Origin: Eledone cirrhosa | Lineage: Eukaryota | Direction: 5' to 3' | Length of the DNA stretch: 64,000 nucleotides | Assembly: GCA_964016885.1 (NCBI GenBank) | Contig: OZ024741.1 | Location: forward strand, 97,960,001-98,024,000 | In this document: positions 47,388-60,879 of the stretch, one piece after another | Layout of the letters: each line of letters opens with the position of its first letter | How positions within the stretch are numbered: position 1 is the first letter of the stretch | The notes under the pieces: model-generated | Seen by the model: only the letters and a program-made list of their open reading frames with translations | Databases searched by the model: none | What the model was told of the DNA's origin: nothing | Program-made: the position numbers and the translations under genes

Positions 47388-47390
<3 letters not shown>
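46647..47390 (+). mobile_element. Large fold-back element
   Basis: ~292-bp inverted arms 46647-46938 and 47055-47346 with few mismatches, a 116-bp spacer, a 44-bp tail and (TA)n flanks. Confidence 0.8.
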
Positions 47391-47427
<37 letters not shown>

Positions 47428-47685
47428 GGATTCCCCTTGCAGTACGTACAATCTGGACACTCACACACACCTTGGCAATAAGCCAATACTATATATCATT
47501 TCACACCTTTTATTATTAAGGTTTTTGATGTTCTACTGAGAGAATCGATTTTACTGAAAATATCGAATAATGTACACCATTTTACCAGAAATAAATACTG
47601 TTCCACCCACACACACACATATATATATATATACAGACACATACACACGCGTACATTATCATACAAAGAGACACACACACACACA

Positions 47686-47788
<103 letters not shown>

Positions 47789-48240
47789 CTCCGTATAAGA
47801 CAAGAGCTGAAAAATATCTTTTAACATGTTAAAATATCCCCCACACACTTACAGACACATTCCTACTGACCATCCCTCTACCACGAATTACTCTGCTACA
47901 CACACACACACTTGTCTTAATAGGCATTTGAACTGTCAAAAGGCTGCGGTTCGCACACACATCCCTGCTGACCATTATCACAACAACGAACCTCTTTACT
48001 ACACAACCACACACACATATTTGTTGTGAAAGCCTTATTTCTCAGTGACTTCTCAATCAGCCAACACAAACCTGCATTTGGCGCAAAAACAATTTTTTAC
48101 ATTCACATGACCTCTACCGACCAATCAATATTGTTTTGACCACAAGAATTTTTGCAACACGAATTGGCGCAAAACTTATTTTAATACCGCTGGAGCCACA
48201 TTTTTAACATAAAAACAGGTAGAATTTCCAAAACTAACCA

Positions 48241-48462
48241 GATCAGAGCAAACATCACGGACGCTCTATCTCAAAATTATTTTTGAAAAGCATTAGAAAT
48301 GCGCAACCGGTAAAACTTAAAACCAAAACTGAATACTAACCAATACTATTTCTAATTCTCACTTATTCCTAATTAAACTCTTTTTCACTGTGAACAATTT
48401 GTCAGCATTTTCTTTTCCGTTTACCAATATATCATTACTTGTGTGTTACACCTCTATTCTTT

Positions 48463-48467
<5 letters not shown>
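48241..48467 (+). mobile_element. pLTR-like segment homologous to 28512-28702 with variant HHR
   Basis: Shared GAGCAAACATCACGG..TTGAAAAGCATTAGAAATGCGCAACCGGTA..GCATTTTCTTTTCC; ends in (TA)n. Confidence 0.7.
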
Positions 48468-48519
<52 letters not shown>

Positions 48520-48524
<5 letters not shown>

Positions 48525-48707
48525 AACGAGTAGGACCCCGACGGCTGAGCTCAAGCCGTTTCGACGGCTAATTCAGAATTAGCCGTCGAAACGGCTTGAG
48601 CTCAGCCGTCGGGGTCCTACTCGTTCCTATTACCCACTCTACTACCATAAGTATTGAGTACTTTGGTGCGTTATGGTCCACCTGGCTCCTTACCACATTT
48701 CCTTCGT
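48520..48707 (+). mobile_element. 111-bp perfect palindrome plus tail, containing the 3' half of an HHR
   Basis: Arms centred on 48575; right arm GAAA-CGGCT(TGAGCTC)AGCCG-TC-GGGGTCC; tail 48631-48707; (TA)n flanks; decayed relative at ~46570-46625. Confidence 0.75.
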
Positions 48708-48853
48708 TATATATATATATATGTACATATATATATGCCAACACAAGACCAAGAATGACGAGGTCATTCTACTTAAATGGCTTTAAAGGCTGGTTGCATA
48801 ATTGCAAACGAATTTTATTCAGCCATGTAGAGCGATAAAAATATATATATATA

Positions 48854-48884
<31 letters not shown>

Positions 48885-48921
48885 CTGTGTGTATGTGTGT
48901 GTGTGTGTGCGTGTGTGCTTA

Positions 48922-48954
<33 letters not shown>

Positions 48955-49076
48955 GTGTATGTGTGTATGTGTGTGTATGTGTGTGTGTGTGTGTGTGTGT
49001 GTAGGTGGTTCAGGGAATTAATTGTGTTGGTACCAAATCAAACACTCTATGCACAGGCAGAGTGTATGTAACAGGG

Positions 49077-49567
49077 GAAAAAACGAGGAAGTTTCGTTTA
49101 CATATAAAATATATTTATTGTGTATCGATCTGTTACGCGCGTTTCGCAGAGGATTGGCTCAAGTTTAAGCCTAGGTTTTATGGATTTGACTCCACTATCA
49201 ATCTGTTCCTCAGACTGGCGATGTAACAAAATATGTATTTTTGTTGTGGTATGTGAGATGAAAAGGTATATATGTATATATAAGCACACCCACATAGCTG
49301 CCCCACTAATTACACCACAATACCCACATACGCCTACATACAAAAAAAATGGCCGATGTTTATATATATATAACTTTTCATTTCACATAACACAAAAAAA
49401 ATACAAGTTTTTGACACATCTCCAGTCTGAGGAGAAGGCGATAATGGAGTCGGTTACATAACTCCTATGGTTGACATTGAACCAATTCTCTGTGAAACAC
49501 GCGTAACAGGTCACCGTTACACCATGAATATATTTTTTTATGTAAACGAAACTTCCTAGTTTTTTTC
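49077..49567. mobile_element. Older, diverged fold-back element with HHRs on both strands
   Basis: Imperfect inverted arms ~49077-49280 and ~49361-49567. Confidence 0.7.
49422..49510 (+). ncRNA. Hammerhead ribozyme with ~60-nt stem II region (mirror copy on minus strand 49130-49218)
   Basis: CCAGT-CTGAGGA-(60 nt)-GAAA-CACGCG-TA-ACAGG; the minus copy has CTGAGGA-ACAGA..TCTGC-GAAA-CGCGCG-TA. Confidence 0.6.
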
Positions 49568-49582
49568 TATTATATGTAAATA

Positions 49583-49687
<105 letters not shown>

Positions 49688-49821
49688 ATGTGTGTGTGTG
49701 TGCGTGTGTGTGTGTGTGAGTGTGTGTGTTTGTGTGTGAGTGTGTGTGTTTGTGTGTGTATGTGTGTTGGAAACGAATCTAATATTATTATTAATGTTCG
49801 ATATAACCCTACGTACATATG

Positions 49822-49857
<36 letters not shown>

Positions 49858-51329
49858 CATGTGTATGTGTGTGTGTGTGTGCGTATGTGTGTGTACGTAT
49901 GCATACTTACATTTATGTATCATCTGTGCTAAACCGAGAAATAAAATTCTAATTTTATATATATATATATTTATATATATATATATATACATGTGTGTGT
50001 TTTTAAGAATTTATTCCGATGTTTCATAAACACCATATATTTTAGCAAAATAATGTCGTGTTTTTGAGACTTTGGATACTTATAACGTGTTACATACTAA
50101 ATGTGCCTGCTAAAATGTATGCATTACAGTTACCATTGAAATATACTACTAATTATTGTATAGTACAGCTATCACAAAATAACCTTGTTGTCTACATTAC
50201 ATCACCAAGTGATAGTGAGATGTCTAGACTATGGAACTTGCAGAATATACAAGGGATATTGTGATATATGTAGATATAGAATTGCCTGTCGATATATAAT
50301 GAGTTCAGTTATGTTATGTTTTTGCTTGGGTTTATGAACAGAAGAGGATATTCTACATTCACTTCATTTAACTTGTTAACATGTTGCAGTTAATATAAAA
50401 ATGTCATAGACGATTGAAATACTTACTGTTATGTGCTATGAACCGGAACCTAAGCTGCTATCAATGACAATTTTGATTTTTGGCATCTCTTTGTATTTTA
50501 AATTGTAATGTAAAAGGAATACGACTGCAAAATACTAACGGTGGAAAATCTAGTATATTCTTGTAGTAATGCAACATTTTATCGACTTAACCTTCAACGA
50601 GGTTATGAACAGAATTGTTTTAAAGGGAAAATATGTCATTTACAGCTTTAAAAGTTTATGGTTAGTAATATACTCTAAAAGAATGCGATAAACCTTTCAA
50701 CAATCACTTGGTTAATAAGCAATTAACAGCAAAAATAGTTTTGACATTTGTTACTGCACATTGCTATAAAGTGAGATATTCCTTCACTTTGTACATTGAC
50801 GCGCTACACCGGTTACATTGTTATATTTTGGAATTCTCATATTTTCCAATAATTAAACAAACGCACTGATTATAATTACTCAGAGTTATTATTCCGTTCA
50901 GAGTTATGAGAAGTCGGTAGTTTTGCTGAAATGGTTTAAGTAGCGAACTCAATGTCTCCCGATATTTGTTGCCGTACATTTGCGTTCCGTGTTCATATCC
51001 CGATGCGATCGATTCTTTCTTTCATCAAATGAGATTGATTTCCAAAACGTACTGGCTCCATACAAAAGAATGTCTTCATTTAACTGATTATATTTTCTTC
51101 ATCAAAAATTGTAGTAGTATGCTAATTTTAGGAATTATTACTACATATTTATATTGCCTGCTCATGGTGCGCATTCAAATGATCAGGTTTTATACGATGG
51201 TTTTATTTGTTAATTATTTATTCATAATTTGTTCCCTACGGAGTAATAACTGCATTCTTCTCAATTTAGATTTGTGTAAAGCAAGGATAAACTTTAAGAC
51301 CTTTGAGTAGCTATTGCTCTGATCGAAGC

Positions 51330-52320
51330 TGCTTCCACTCTGATTTGCAGCGACTCTCTGATCTTCGAGCTATGCATTCTATCCAAAAGCCTTTGTATTC
51401 ACGATCGTATACTTTCTGTCATTACCCAAGATTCATGACCATATGTAACGGTTAGCACGAATAAAGAATTGAAGATAGCGAGTTTGGCTGTTACACCTAC
51501 TTCCCTCAGTCTGATTATCGAAGGAGGAAGCTGGTGCATTACTGCAGCAGTTCCTGCAATCCTTACACTTAATTAAGACTCCTGCCTTTCATCACTCGTG
51601 AAAACGGCCCCGAGATACTTGAACTTCTCTACCGTCTTCAGTGAAACTCCATTCCTATGTCGGTTGCACTGATCAAGTTTCCTTCAGTGTGGCATCTTGG
51701 GTACAAAACACACTGCTCACCAGATAGCTTAGACTCGTCAATCTCTCTACATCGTTTCACCAGACATTTAGCAGAGGCTTTATTTGGGAGTCTTTAGAAG
51801 GAGGTCCCTCTATAATTAGAGCAATCTCTCTTTTCTCCCCTTTTGAAAGTTGGGAATTATCACTCCCGACTACCATTCTTCGTGCCTGCTGGTACTGCAA
51901 GTGCCATAAGGGGAGTTATGGAAGCTTTGTAGGCCTCCTTCTTTTCTCGGATGGCATCTTTGACTTCTTGATTGAATTTCGGGGTCCTCCTGCCATCCGG
52001 CGCCACACCTCTTTCACCCGCAGCATTTAACAGCTGAAGCAGAAACTGTTGAGCTGAACAATTTCCACTCCGTTTCAACGTCCTCAGTTTTCTGAGCAGG
52101 ATCTCTGGATTTGGATGCAATAGTAACTGCATAACTTGGTCCTGACTTCCTTATACACCAGTCTAAAGTTTCATATTACTAGATGTTGATCAGTTGTCAG
52201 CTCAGCCCCTCTTAACATGAATATTAGGCACAGAATCGAAGAAATCAGACAATAACTAAATCAAGGTAAAGTCAGTGCAGCGTTGGATGTAGTTAAGAAA
52301 CTAGATGCAATGCTGTAGCG
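51330..52320 (-). mobile_element. Decayed, internally deleted RTE-clade LINE (Rex3/Expander-like)
   Basis: Minus strand RGAELTTDQHL (APE end), FNQEVKDAIREKKEAYKA, VEKFKYLGAVFTSD, LTVTYGHESWVMTESIRS. Confidence 0.8.
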
Positions 52321-52811
52321 ACTTCACCAAGGAAGGATTTGTATTTGGATTCCTGACAATGTATACTGATAATGTTATCTGTATAATATATCGATATTCA
52401 AGCGTTTAATTGTTTTGTTTTTTTTTGTTTTTGATTTTCATAGAAAATTTGTCTCTCCTAAGATTAATGCCTCAGAAGATACAGGTGATTTGTAGAAAAT
52501 GTGTGCTAAGGTAAGTTCTTGTTTTATGCTTGCATTTTTGAATGTTGATTTATTTCTTGTCCTTGAATCTTACCTTAACTGAAAATCTGCCATTAGCTAT
52601 ATTCTACTCAATTCATTTGTGGGAACGGTCATATGAAAAAATTGTCTTGGATTTCTTCTAAACGCTTAAAATTATATATATATATATATAAATATAAGTT
52701 GAAAAAAAAATGAAAACGAAATTTCATTTCTCACTTTTAGTATGGCACTTACTTAAATGTAAGTATGTATGTATACGTACATACATATATGTATACAGAC
52801 GTACAGTAGCA

Positions 52812-52877
<66 letters not shown>

Positions 52878-52968
52878 TACACATACATATATGCACGCAT
52901 CAGTTTAGCGTTAATTTTCATAAGGAAAGTATATACTTTCGAACGTTCAACTATCTGGCAGATGGGTA

Positions 52969-53013
52969 AACGGTGCTGATGATAGCTAACAAGCTTGAAA
53001 CTAGTACATCGTT
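52969..53013 (+). ncRNA. Hammerhead ribozyme, array copy 1
   Basis: AACGGTG-CTGATGA-TAGCT(AACA)AGCTT-GAAA-CTAG-TA-CATCGTT; GUA cleavage after 53006. Confidence 0.88.
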
Positions 53014-53162
53014 TCTGTGTCAGTGTTGAACAAAAAGGTGGCGTGGTTGCCTTAACACCGTATGGCATAAATTCAGGTCGTTGAGTTTGTTGACAAACGA
53101 ACAAAGCGGCGTTATAATAAGCGTCCGCTAAACTGATGCGTGCATATATGTATGTGTACCTG

Positions 53163-53198
<36 letters not shown>

Positions 53199-53433
53199 TG
53201 CTACTGTACGTCTGTATACATATATGTATGTACGTATACATACATACTTACATTTAAGTAAGTGCCATACTAAGAGTGAGAAATGAAATTTCGTTTTCAT
53301 TTTTTTTCAACTTATCGTTTTCGGTATGCCTGACCGATTTAACTCACTCAATATGCAAATTAGGCTGCTCAGCCGTTAATTTTCATAAGGAAAGTATATA
53401 CTTTCGAACGTTCAACTATCCGGCAGATGGGTA

Positions 53434-53478
53434 AACGGTGTTGATGATAGCTAACAAGCTTGAAACTAGTACATCATT
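53434..53478 (+). ncRNA. Hammerhead ribozyme, array copy 2 (mutated)
   Basis: Core TTGATGA (C3U without G8A) and a stem I mismatch; likely impaired. Confidence 0.7.
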
Positions 53479-53624
53479 CCTGTGTCAGTGTTGAACAAAA
53501 AGGTGACGTGGTTGCCTTAACACCGTATGGCATAAATTAAGGCTGTTCAGTTTGTTGACAAACGAACAAAGCGGCGTTATAATAAGCGTCCGCTAAACTG
53601 ATGCGTGCATATATGTATGTGTAC

Positions 53625-53705
<81 letters not shown>

Positions 53706-53941
53706 TGCCACTGTACGTCTGTATACATATATGTATGTACGTATACATACATACTTACATTTAAGTAAGTGCCATACTAAGAGTGAGAAATGAAATTTCG
53801 TTTTCATTTCTTTTTCAACTTATCGTTTTCGGTATGCCTGACCGATTTAACTCACTCAATATGCAAATTAGGCTGCTCAGCCGTTAATTTTCATAAGGAA
53901 AGTATATACTTTCATACGTTCAACTATCTGGAAGATGGGTA

Positions 53942-53986
53942 AACGGTGCTGATGATAGCTAACAAGCTTGAAACTAGTACATCGTT
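53942..53986 (+). ncRNA. Hammerhead ribozyme, array copy 3
   Basis: Same intact motif as copy 1. Confidence 0.88.
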
Positions 53987-54132
53987 CCTGTGTCAGTGTT
54001 GAACAAAAAGGTGACGTGGTTGCCTTAACAACGTATGGCATAAATTCAGGCTGTTCAGTTTGTTGACAAACGAACAAAGCGGTGTTATAATAAGCGTCCG
54101 CTAAACTGATGCGTGCATATATGTATGTGTAC

Positions 54133-54203
<71 letters not shown>

Positions 54204-54439
54204 TGCTACTGTACGTCTGTATACATATATGTATGTACGTATACATACATACTTACATTTAAGTAAGTGCCATACTAATAGTGAGAAATGAAATTTTGTT
54301 TTCATTTTTTTTTCAACCTATCGTTTTCGGTATGCCTGACCGATTTAACTCACTCAATATGCAAATTAGACTGCTCAGCCGTTAATTTTCATAAGGAAAG
54401 TATATACTTTCGAACGTTCAACTATCTGGCAGATGGGTA

Positions 54440-54484
54440 AACGGTGCTGATGATAGCTAACAAGCTTGAAACTAGTACATCGTT
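54440..54484 (+). ncRNA. Hammerhead ribozyme, array copy 4
   Basis: Same intact motif as copy 1. Confidence 0.88.
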
Positions 54485-54637
54485 CCTGTGTCAGTGTTGA
54501 ACAAAAAGGTGACGTGGTTGCCTTAACACCGTATGGCATAAATTCAGGCTGTTCAGTTTGTTGACAAACGAACAAAGCTGCGTTATAATAAGCGTCCGCT
54601 AAACTGATACGTGCATATATGTATGTGTACCTGTATG

Positions 54638-54723
<86 letters not shown>

Positions 54724-54959
54724 TGCTACTGTACGTCTGTATACATATATGTATGTACGTATACATACATACTTACATTTAAGTAAGTGCCATACTAAGA
54801 GTGAGAAATGAAATTTCGTTTTCATTTTTTTTTCAACTTATCGTTTTCGGTATGCCTGACCGATTTAACTCACTCAATATGCAAATTAGGCTGCTCAGCC
54901 GTTAATTTTCATAAGGAAAGTATATACTTTCGAACGTTCAACTATCTGGCAGATGGGTA

Positions 54960-55004
54960 AACGGTGCTGATGATAGCTAACAAGCTTGAAACTAGTACAT
55001 CGTT
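54960..55004 (+). ncRNA. Hammerhead ribozyme, array copy 5
   Basis: Same intact motif as copy 1. Confidence 0.88.
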
Positions 55005-55154
55005 CCTGTGTCAGTGTTGAACAAAAAGGTGACGTGGTTGCCTTAACACCGTATAGGCATAAATTCAGGCTGTTCAGTTTGTTGACAAACGAACAAAGCG
55101 GCGTTATAATAAGCGTCCGCTAAACTGATGCGTGCATATATGTATGTGTACCTG

Positions 55155-55212
<58 letters not shown>

Positions 55213-55262
55213 TGCTACTGTACGTCTGTATACATATATGTATGTACGTATACATACATACT

Positions 55263-55337
<75 letters not shown>

Positions 55338-56053
55338 GGATGCGTGTAAATCTGTGTGTTTGCGTATGAGTGTGTGTTTGTGCGAGTGTGCATGTATATA
55401 TACTGTATTAGCAAATAGTGATATACATATCTAGGTGTGTTAGAGAAAGTGAACGTTTGTTAATGCATACGTGAGAGTGATAGATAAGCAGATAAAAATA
55501 TAGATAGATAGACGAATTCATTAATATATAGAAGATTTGGATTTACTTATTCCATAATAACAATGAATATTTCGATAAAAACTTTAAGATAAGCAACAAA
55601 CATAAAATATATCAAGAATACATAGGACAAAAAACAATGACAACTTCAGTCGCAGATAACACAGATTACTCCCTCATCTCTGTAGCTAACATCAAGAGAT
55701 ACGGAATCAACTATAAAAATAAAAAGAGTTGCGACAAAGTTAATGGCTAGTACAAAAAATTACTGCCTAAGTAAACAATAATATTATCGATACCTAAATA
55801 AGAGAAACATAAGATGATCTGTTGTTTAAAGAAAACGATAAGTTAAAAAGGGTCCTAGCCGTTTTTCATGTCATTTACATCTATAAGTGCATAATCAATG
55901 TTGCCATATATACTGATATATTTAGAAACTCAAAGAAAGGTGCACATGCATTTACCAGTCTGCCTGTTTAATTAACAATCCTCCTTCTCTCTCTCTCACC
56001 CTCTCACTCTCGCCCTCTCTCTCTGTATATATATATATAATATATATATATAT

Positions 56054-56120
<67 letters not shown>

Positions 56121-56461
56121 GATAAATCTACCAAGAGTTTACGGTAGTGTCCAATCCGTATGAAGAACTCAATGTAATCCGGATATCATGGAAAGAAGAG
56201 ATGCAATGAAAAATCACTTTCGGTGAAAGATAAACGGAATACAGAGTCAAGATAATTTATTTCTGAAGATGGCATATATATGAGTTGGTATGTATATTTT
56301 AATTTTGATAGTTTGTATAATTTTGTATAATTTTGTACATAGATCTGTTAAATATACATGCCAATTCTAACACATATATATCCCAGAAACGATCGTTAAA
56401 TAATAAACTTTTTTTGTTTAATATAAGGAACTGTTTCATTGTTTTATTCATTATTTTTTTA

Positions 56462-56577
<116 letters not shown>

Positions 56578-56752
56578 CATATATATATATATATATATAT
56601 TGTTATACTTTGGGAGGGTCATGTTGCCAATAAGAAACGAAATATATATATATTCAGAAACGAAATATATATATATACATATATATATAAGCAAGTATTG
56701 CACCAAGAAAAATATAAACATTGTCGTGAAAGGAGATTAGGAATTTGTTTGC

Positions 56753-56787
<35 letters not shown>

Positions 56788-57347
56788 GTGTGTGTATATA
56801 TATATGTATATATATATATAATTGTTTGTATATATATATAATGATGACAAAAGGGAGAGACCTGCGTAGAATGATTAAAACGATTGCGTGCCCGCTCATA
56901 TTCAAACACATACACATACATATAGACATGGTTTTGTGTGTATACTTGTGTATGTATTAGATAAATGAAGATTTAGAAAAGTTAAAAGCAGAAAAATATG
57001 TAATTTATTTTCTTTAAATTAATGTAAATGGCATAAGAAATATATTTTGACGTCACTGTATAACTTGTTTGATGACATTCTGGAAATACTCATCTCCATG
57101 TTACATAGATACCGCAATAACAAGTTTTTGATAATTTGTTTGATGTATGCATTGAAAAGTTTAGTTTTATATGGTTGATATTTTGTGGGGAGCGGTTGTT
57201 TTTTTCAGAAAAAACTACATTCTTTGAATTGTGTTTAATTTTTTTTATCTTGTACTGGTTGCCATGACATCAAATAATTGACAAATGCACTGAACTCGTT
57301 TAACCCCTACTAATTTCTATTATTTGCAAATAGACACCACTTCTTCA

Positions 57348-57434
<87 letters not shown>

Positions 57435-58054
57435 ATACGTATATATATATGAGTGCGTGCGTGTGTATAAATGAGTGTGTGCGTGTGTGCGTGTGTGCGT
57501 GTGTGCATATACGTGTGCATGAACCCATCTTCCAATACTTATTTCATCCGAAGTTTCAACTCTTCGATTTCCTTTTTTTTTTGTGGAAACAGGTATATAG
57601 TGTGAGTGGTCGTGATGGAGATAAAGAAAAACGTTTTTATGAGTATAGAAATATTCGATGCCTTTCTTTACTCACACAGAAACACATAAAGAGAAATATA
57701 CATCGTTTCATATATATATACATGTAGATAGAGAGAGTGACAGAGAAAGAGACAGGCACACATATACATGAATGTATGTTTGAGTGTATATATTATGTAT
57801 GTATATACTTATAATTTCCTATAAAATTCTCGTTATATTTTTAGTTAATACTAGCAGATTGGAATATGTCATTAAATTTCACCTACACTTATGTAATATA
57901 TTTTATATATTGTGTGTATATGGCAGAATTTTGAATACAGCTATGAAGAGGTTCGGTGAGACGGTATCTGGTTGATTGGCGCACGGGTGATGAAAACATA
58001 TATATATATATATATACATTCATACATACATGCATACATACACACACACACATG

Positions 58055-58138
<84 letters not shown>

Positions 58139-59009
58139 TATATATATATACAGTTCAGGAGTAACCAATCTTAAAGAGAGAGATGAGATATGAGAGGAGA
58201 TAGGAGAGGAGAAGAGAGATTGCTGAATCAGTTAGAAGCCAAAGCGTAAAGGCATGTGCTCAATGTGCAATATGCAGTGGAAAGCAGCTAGGTGGCTGAG
58301 TTCATGCAGAGGTTAGGTGCACAGAGCTGGAAATATTCATTAGTTAAGCAAAACAAGACCACAAATTTCACAAGGAAGACATTATTAAAAGATTGTCAAC
58401 ATATTTTAGTTTGATGTAAGGAATGTAGAGAATTATAATAATAATATTAATAATAATTGTTTCTACTTTAGGCACAAGGCCAGCAATTACCCAGTACATT
58501 ACTGGCACTTTAATTTATCGACCCCGTAAGGATGAAAGGCAAAGTTAACCTCGGCGGGATTTGAACTCAGACTGTAAAGAGACGTAACTATGCTAGAAAG
58601 CATGGCGTCCAACACTCTACCGATTCTGCCAATTCACCGACCTTTATAATATTAATAATAATTGTCTCTACTTTAGGCACAAGGCCAGCAATTATCCAGT
58701 ACATTACTGGTACTTTATTTTATCGACCCCGTAAGGATGAAAGACAAAGTCAACCTCGGCGGGATTTGAACTCAGATCGTAAAGGGACGTAACTATGCTG
58801 GAAAGCATGGCGTCCGACCCTCTACTGATACTGCCAATCCACCTATAATATCAATAATAATAATGTCCGTTTACAATTGTTTCGCTACTCCATATAATAT
58901 TTCTGGATCAAATGATTATAGATCATTATTGATCTGGTTCAGTTGAAAATAATTAACTTAGATAAAATAAGAGCAGCTCAAAAAACAATTACATAGATTC
59001 TTTAAAAAT

Positions 59010-60377
59010 AACGGTCTGTCTATCACCATCGAGCCGAACCATAAAGTAGTAAACTTCCTAGACGTTACCCTAGATCTTAACAATAACCTATATTACCGTT
59101 ATCATAAACCAGGTGAAATACTTACATATATTAGCCCACACTCTAACCACCCACCGGCAGTCATCAGAGCAGTAATCAAATCTATCTCGAATAGGATCTC
59201 CATGCTATCAGCAAATGAGGAGATATTTATAAACCATGCGGCATATTATAATAAGGCTCTTTCTGAATCTGTTTATGAACAGTCCATTTACTACATACCT
59301 AAAAGCCATAACACAGCACTTCCCCACAACTATAATAAACTTAACACTAGAACTAGAAATACCTTAGCATATAGACAGATTCGCCGGACTTTTAGCAGTA
59401 ACAGCACCTATACAGGGAACCTTAATGGTGGCTGTGGCCTACTTCCCACTCCAAGTAGTAAACTAAAAATCAACCCTAGAATAGGAATGAGCAATGGGAT
59501 GACAAATAACAAATGCCCAGGTAACAATAACCCTAAGAAGGCCTCTACCAACTCCACTAGAACCCCTAGAAGGAATAGGCCCAGAAATATCACCTGGCTT
59601 AACCCTCCCATTCTCATCTAATCTAGACACTAATATCCCTAAACGCTTCTTCTCTATACTATCTAAACATTTCCCCCCAACCATAGATATTACAAACTCT
59701 TTAATAAAAACAACATTAAAATCTTATTCTCCACAACACCTAACCTAGCTAGCCACATCGCATTCAGTAACCATCATAAACTAAGACAGTATAACTCCCA
59801 CACCTCGGTACCACCACCCGCATCAAATACACCACGCCACTGCACCAATACTTACTCTAGTAGCACACCTGCCCCATCTAATGCTTCTAGCACTGACCAA
59901 CCGTTTCGTTTAAACAACCCTACTCTCACTAACCGCAGAAGTAACTGCAACTGCCGTTACCCTAATTCATGCCCACTAAATGGATATAGCCTGACACCCA
60001 ATATAGTTTATAGGTGCACAGTTAAAACTGCTTCGTATACCAGCTCCTATATCGGCTCTACCTCTAACCCATTTAAGGTACCCTATAACGCGCACTCTTT
60101 TTCCTTCCGAGACCCTAACAACAGATGTTCGACATCTCTCGCTAGACTCATTAAAAACCTTAACTTAACCAACATTGAACACTCACTAACATGGGATATC
60201 TTGGCTGGGGCCCAACCGTTCAATGGACGAAGACACTCTTGTGACCTCTGTCTTACCGAAGCATATTACATAACTCTATCACGACCATTACCGATTAACG
60301 ATAGAACGGAGGTAACTATTAGCTGTCAACATCGAAGGGCTAATTCATTCGCCAACAGAATAGTTGACCCAACATAG
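59010..60377 (+). pseudogene. 5'-truncated, frameshifted PLE RT C-terminus + GIY-YIG ORF
   Basis: ORF 59202-59621 plus downstream frames translated by hand. Confidence 0.85.
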
Positions 60378-60760
60378 TCATCTAGCCCCATGTTTACTTG
60401 TAGCTAATAAGTTAAATAGTTATAGCTAGCTTAGATAATGATAAGTTACCTTCCTTACATTGTCTCTCAATTAAAATATTAAAAAATTAGCACTTCTTAA
60501 CTATAAACTACCCACAATTTCTAATTTCTCGAGGAGTTATTTCCCCTTAAACCACCATCTAATTAGTAATGTAAATATGTCCACTGGTGGCCATCTTGTT
60601 ACCCAAAGGCAGATCTCACACAATGCAGCCTCGACATAAGAATACTGCTCGACTATGGCAGACAATATATATACCCAGGACACCATAGTGAAATACCAAT
60701 ATATGGAACATTACATTCATGTAACATTCTTTCCTTATTTTAATTTATATTCCTTTTGAA

Positions 60761-60879
60761 GTTCCGATGAGCTGCTCTAATTTTACCTAAGTTAATTATT
60801 TTCAACTGAACCAGATCAATAATGATCTATAATCATTTGATCCAGAAATATTATATGGAGTAGCGAAACAATTGTAAAC
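60761..60879 (+). ncRNA. Hammerhead motif with a very long stem II in the PLE-6 pLTR (core U4C)
   Basis: GTT-CCGATGA-GCTGCTC(80 nt incl. hairpin GATCAATAATGAT/ATCATTTGATC)GAGTAGC-GAAA-CAATTG-TA-AAC. Confidence 0.65.

Larger units (their letters stand above)
52694..55264 (+). mobile_element. Retrozyme-like tandem array: ~4.7 head-to-tail units of 465-520 bp, each with an HHR, plus a 5' inverted partial unit
   Basis: HHR cores at 52976, 53441, 53949, 54447 and 54967; unit length varies with an internal (TA)n; 52694-52910 is an inverted partial unit; (TA)n flanks; no real ORF. Confidence 0.88.

Noticed and set aside
46540-47486. Mirror-image ORF pairs on both strands (also 62-325/69-260)
   Set aside because: Automatic consequence of inverted repeats; no protein motif.
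52710-55311. Repeated short ORFs ([10 protein letters not shown].., MFVCQQTEQP..) in the tandem array
   Set aside because: They run through variable-length (TA)n that shifts frame between copies; no recognisable domain.
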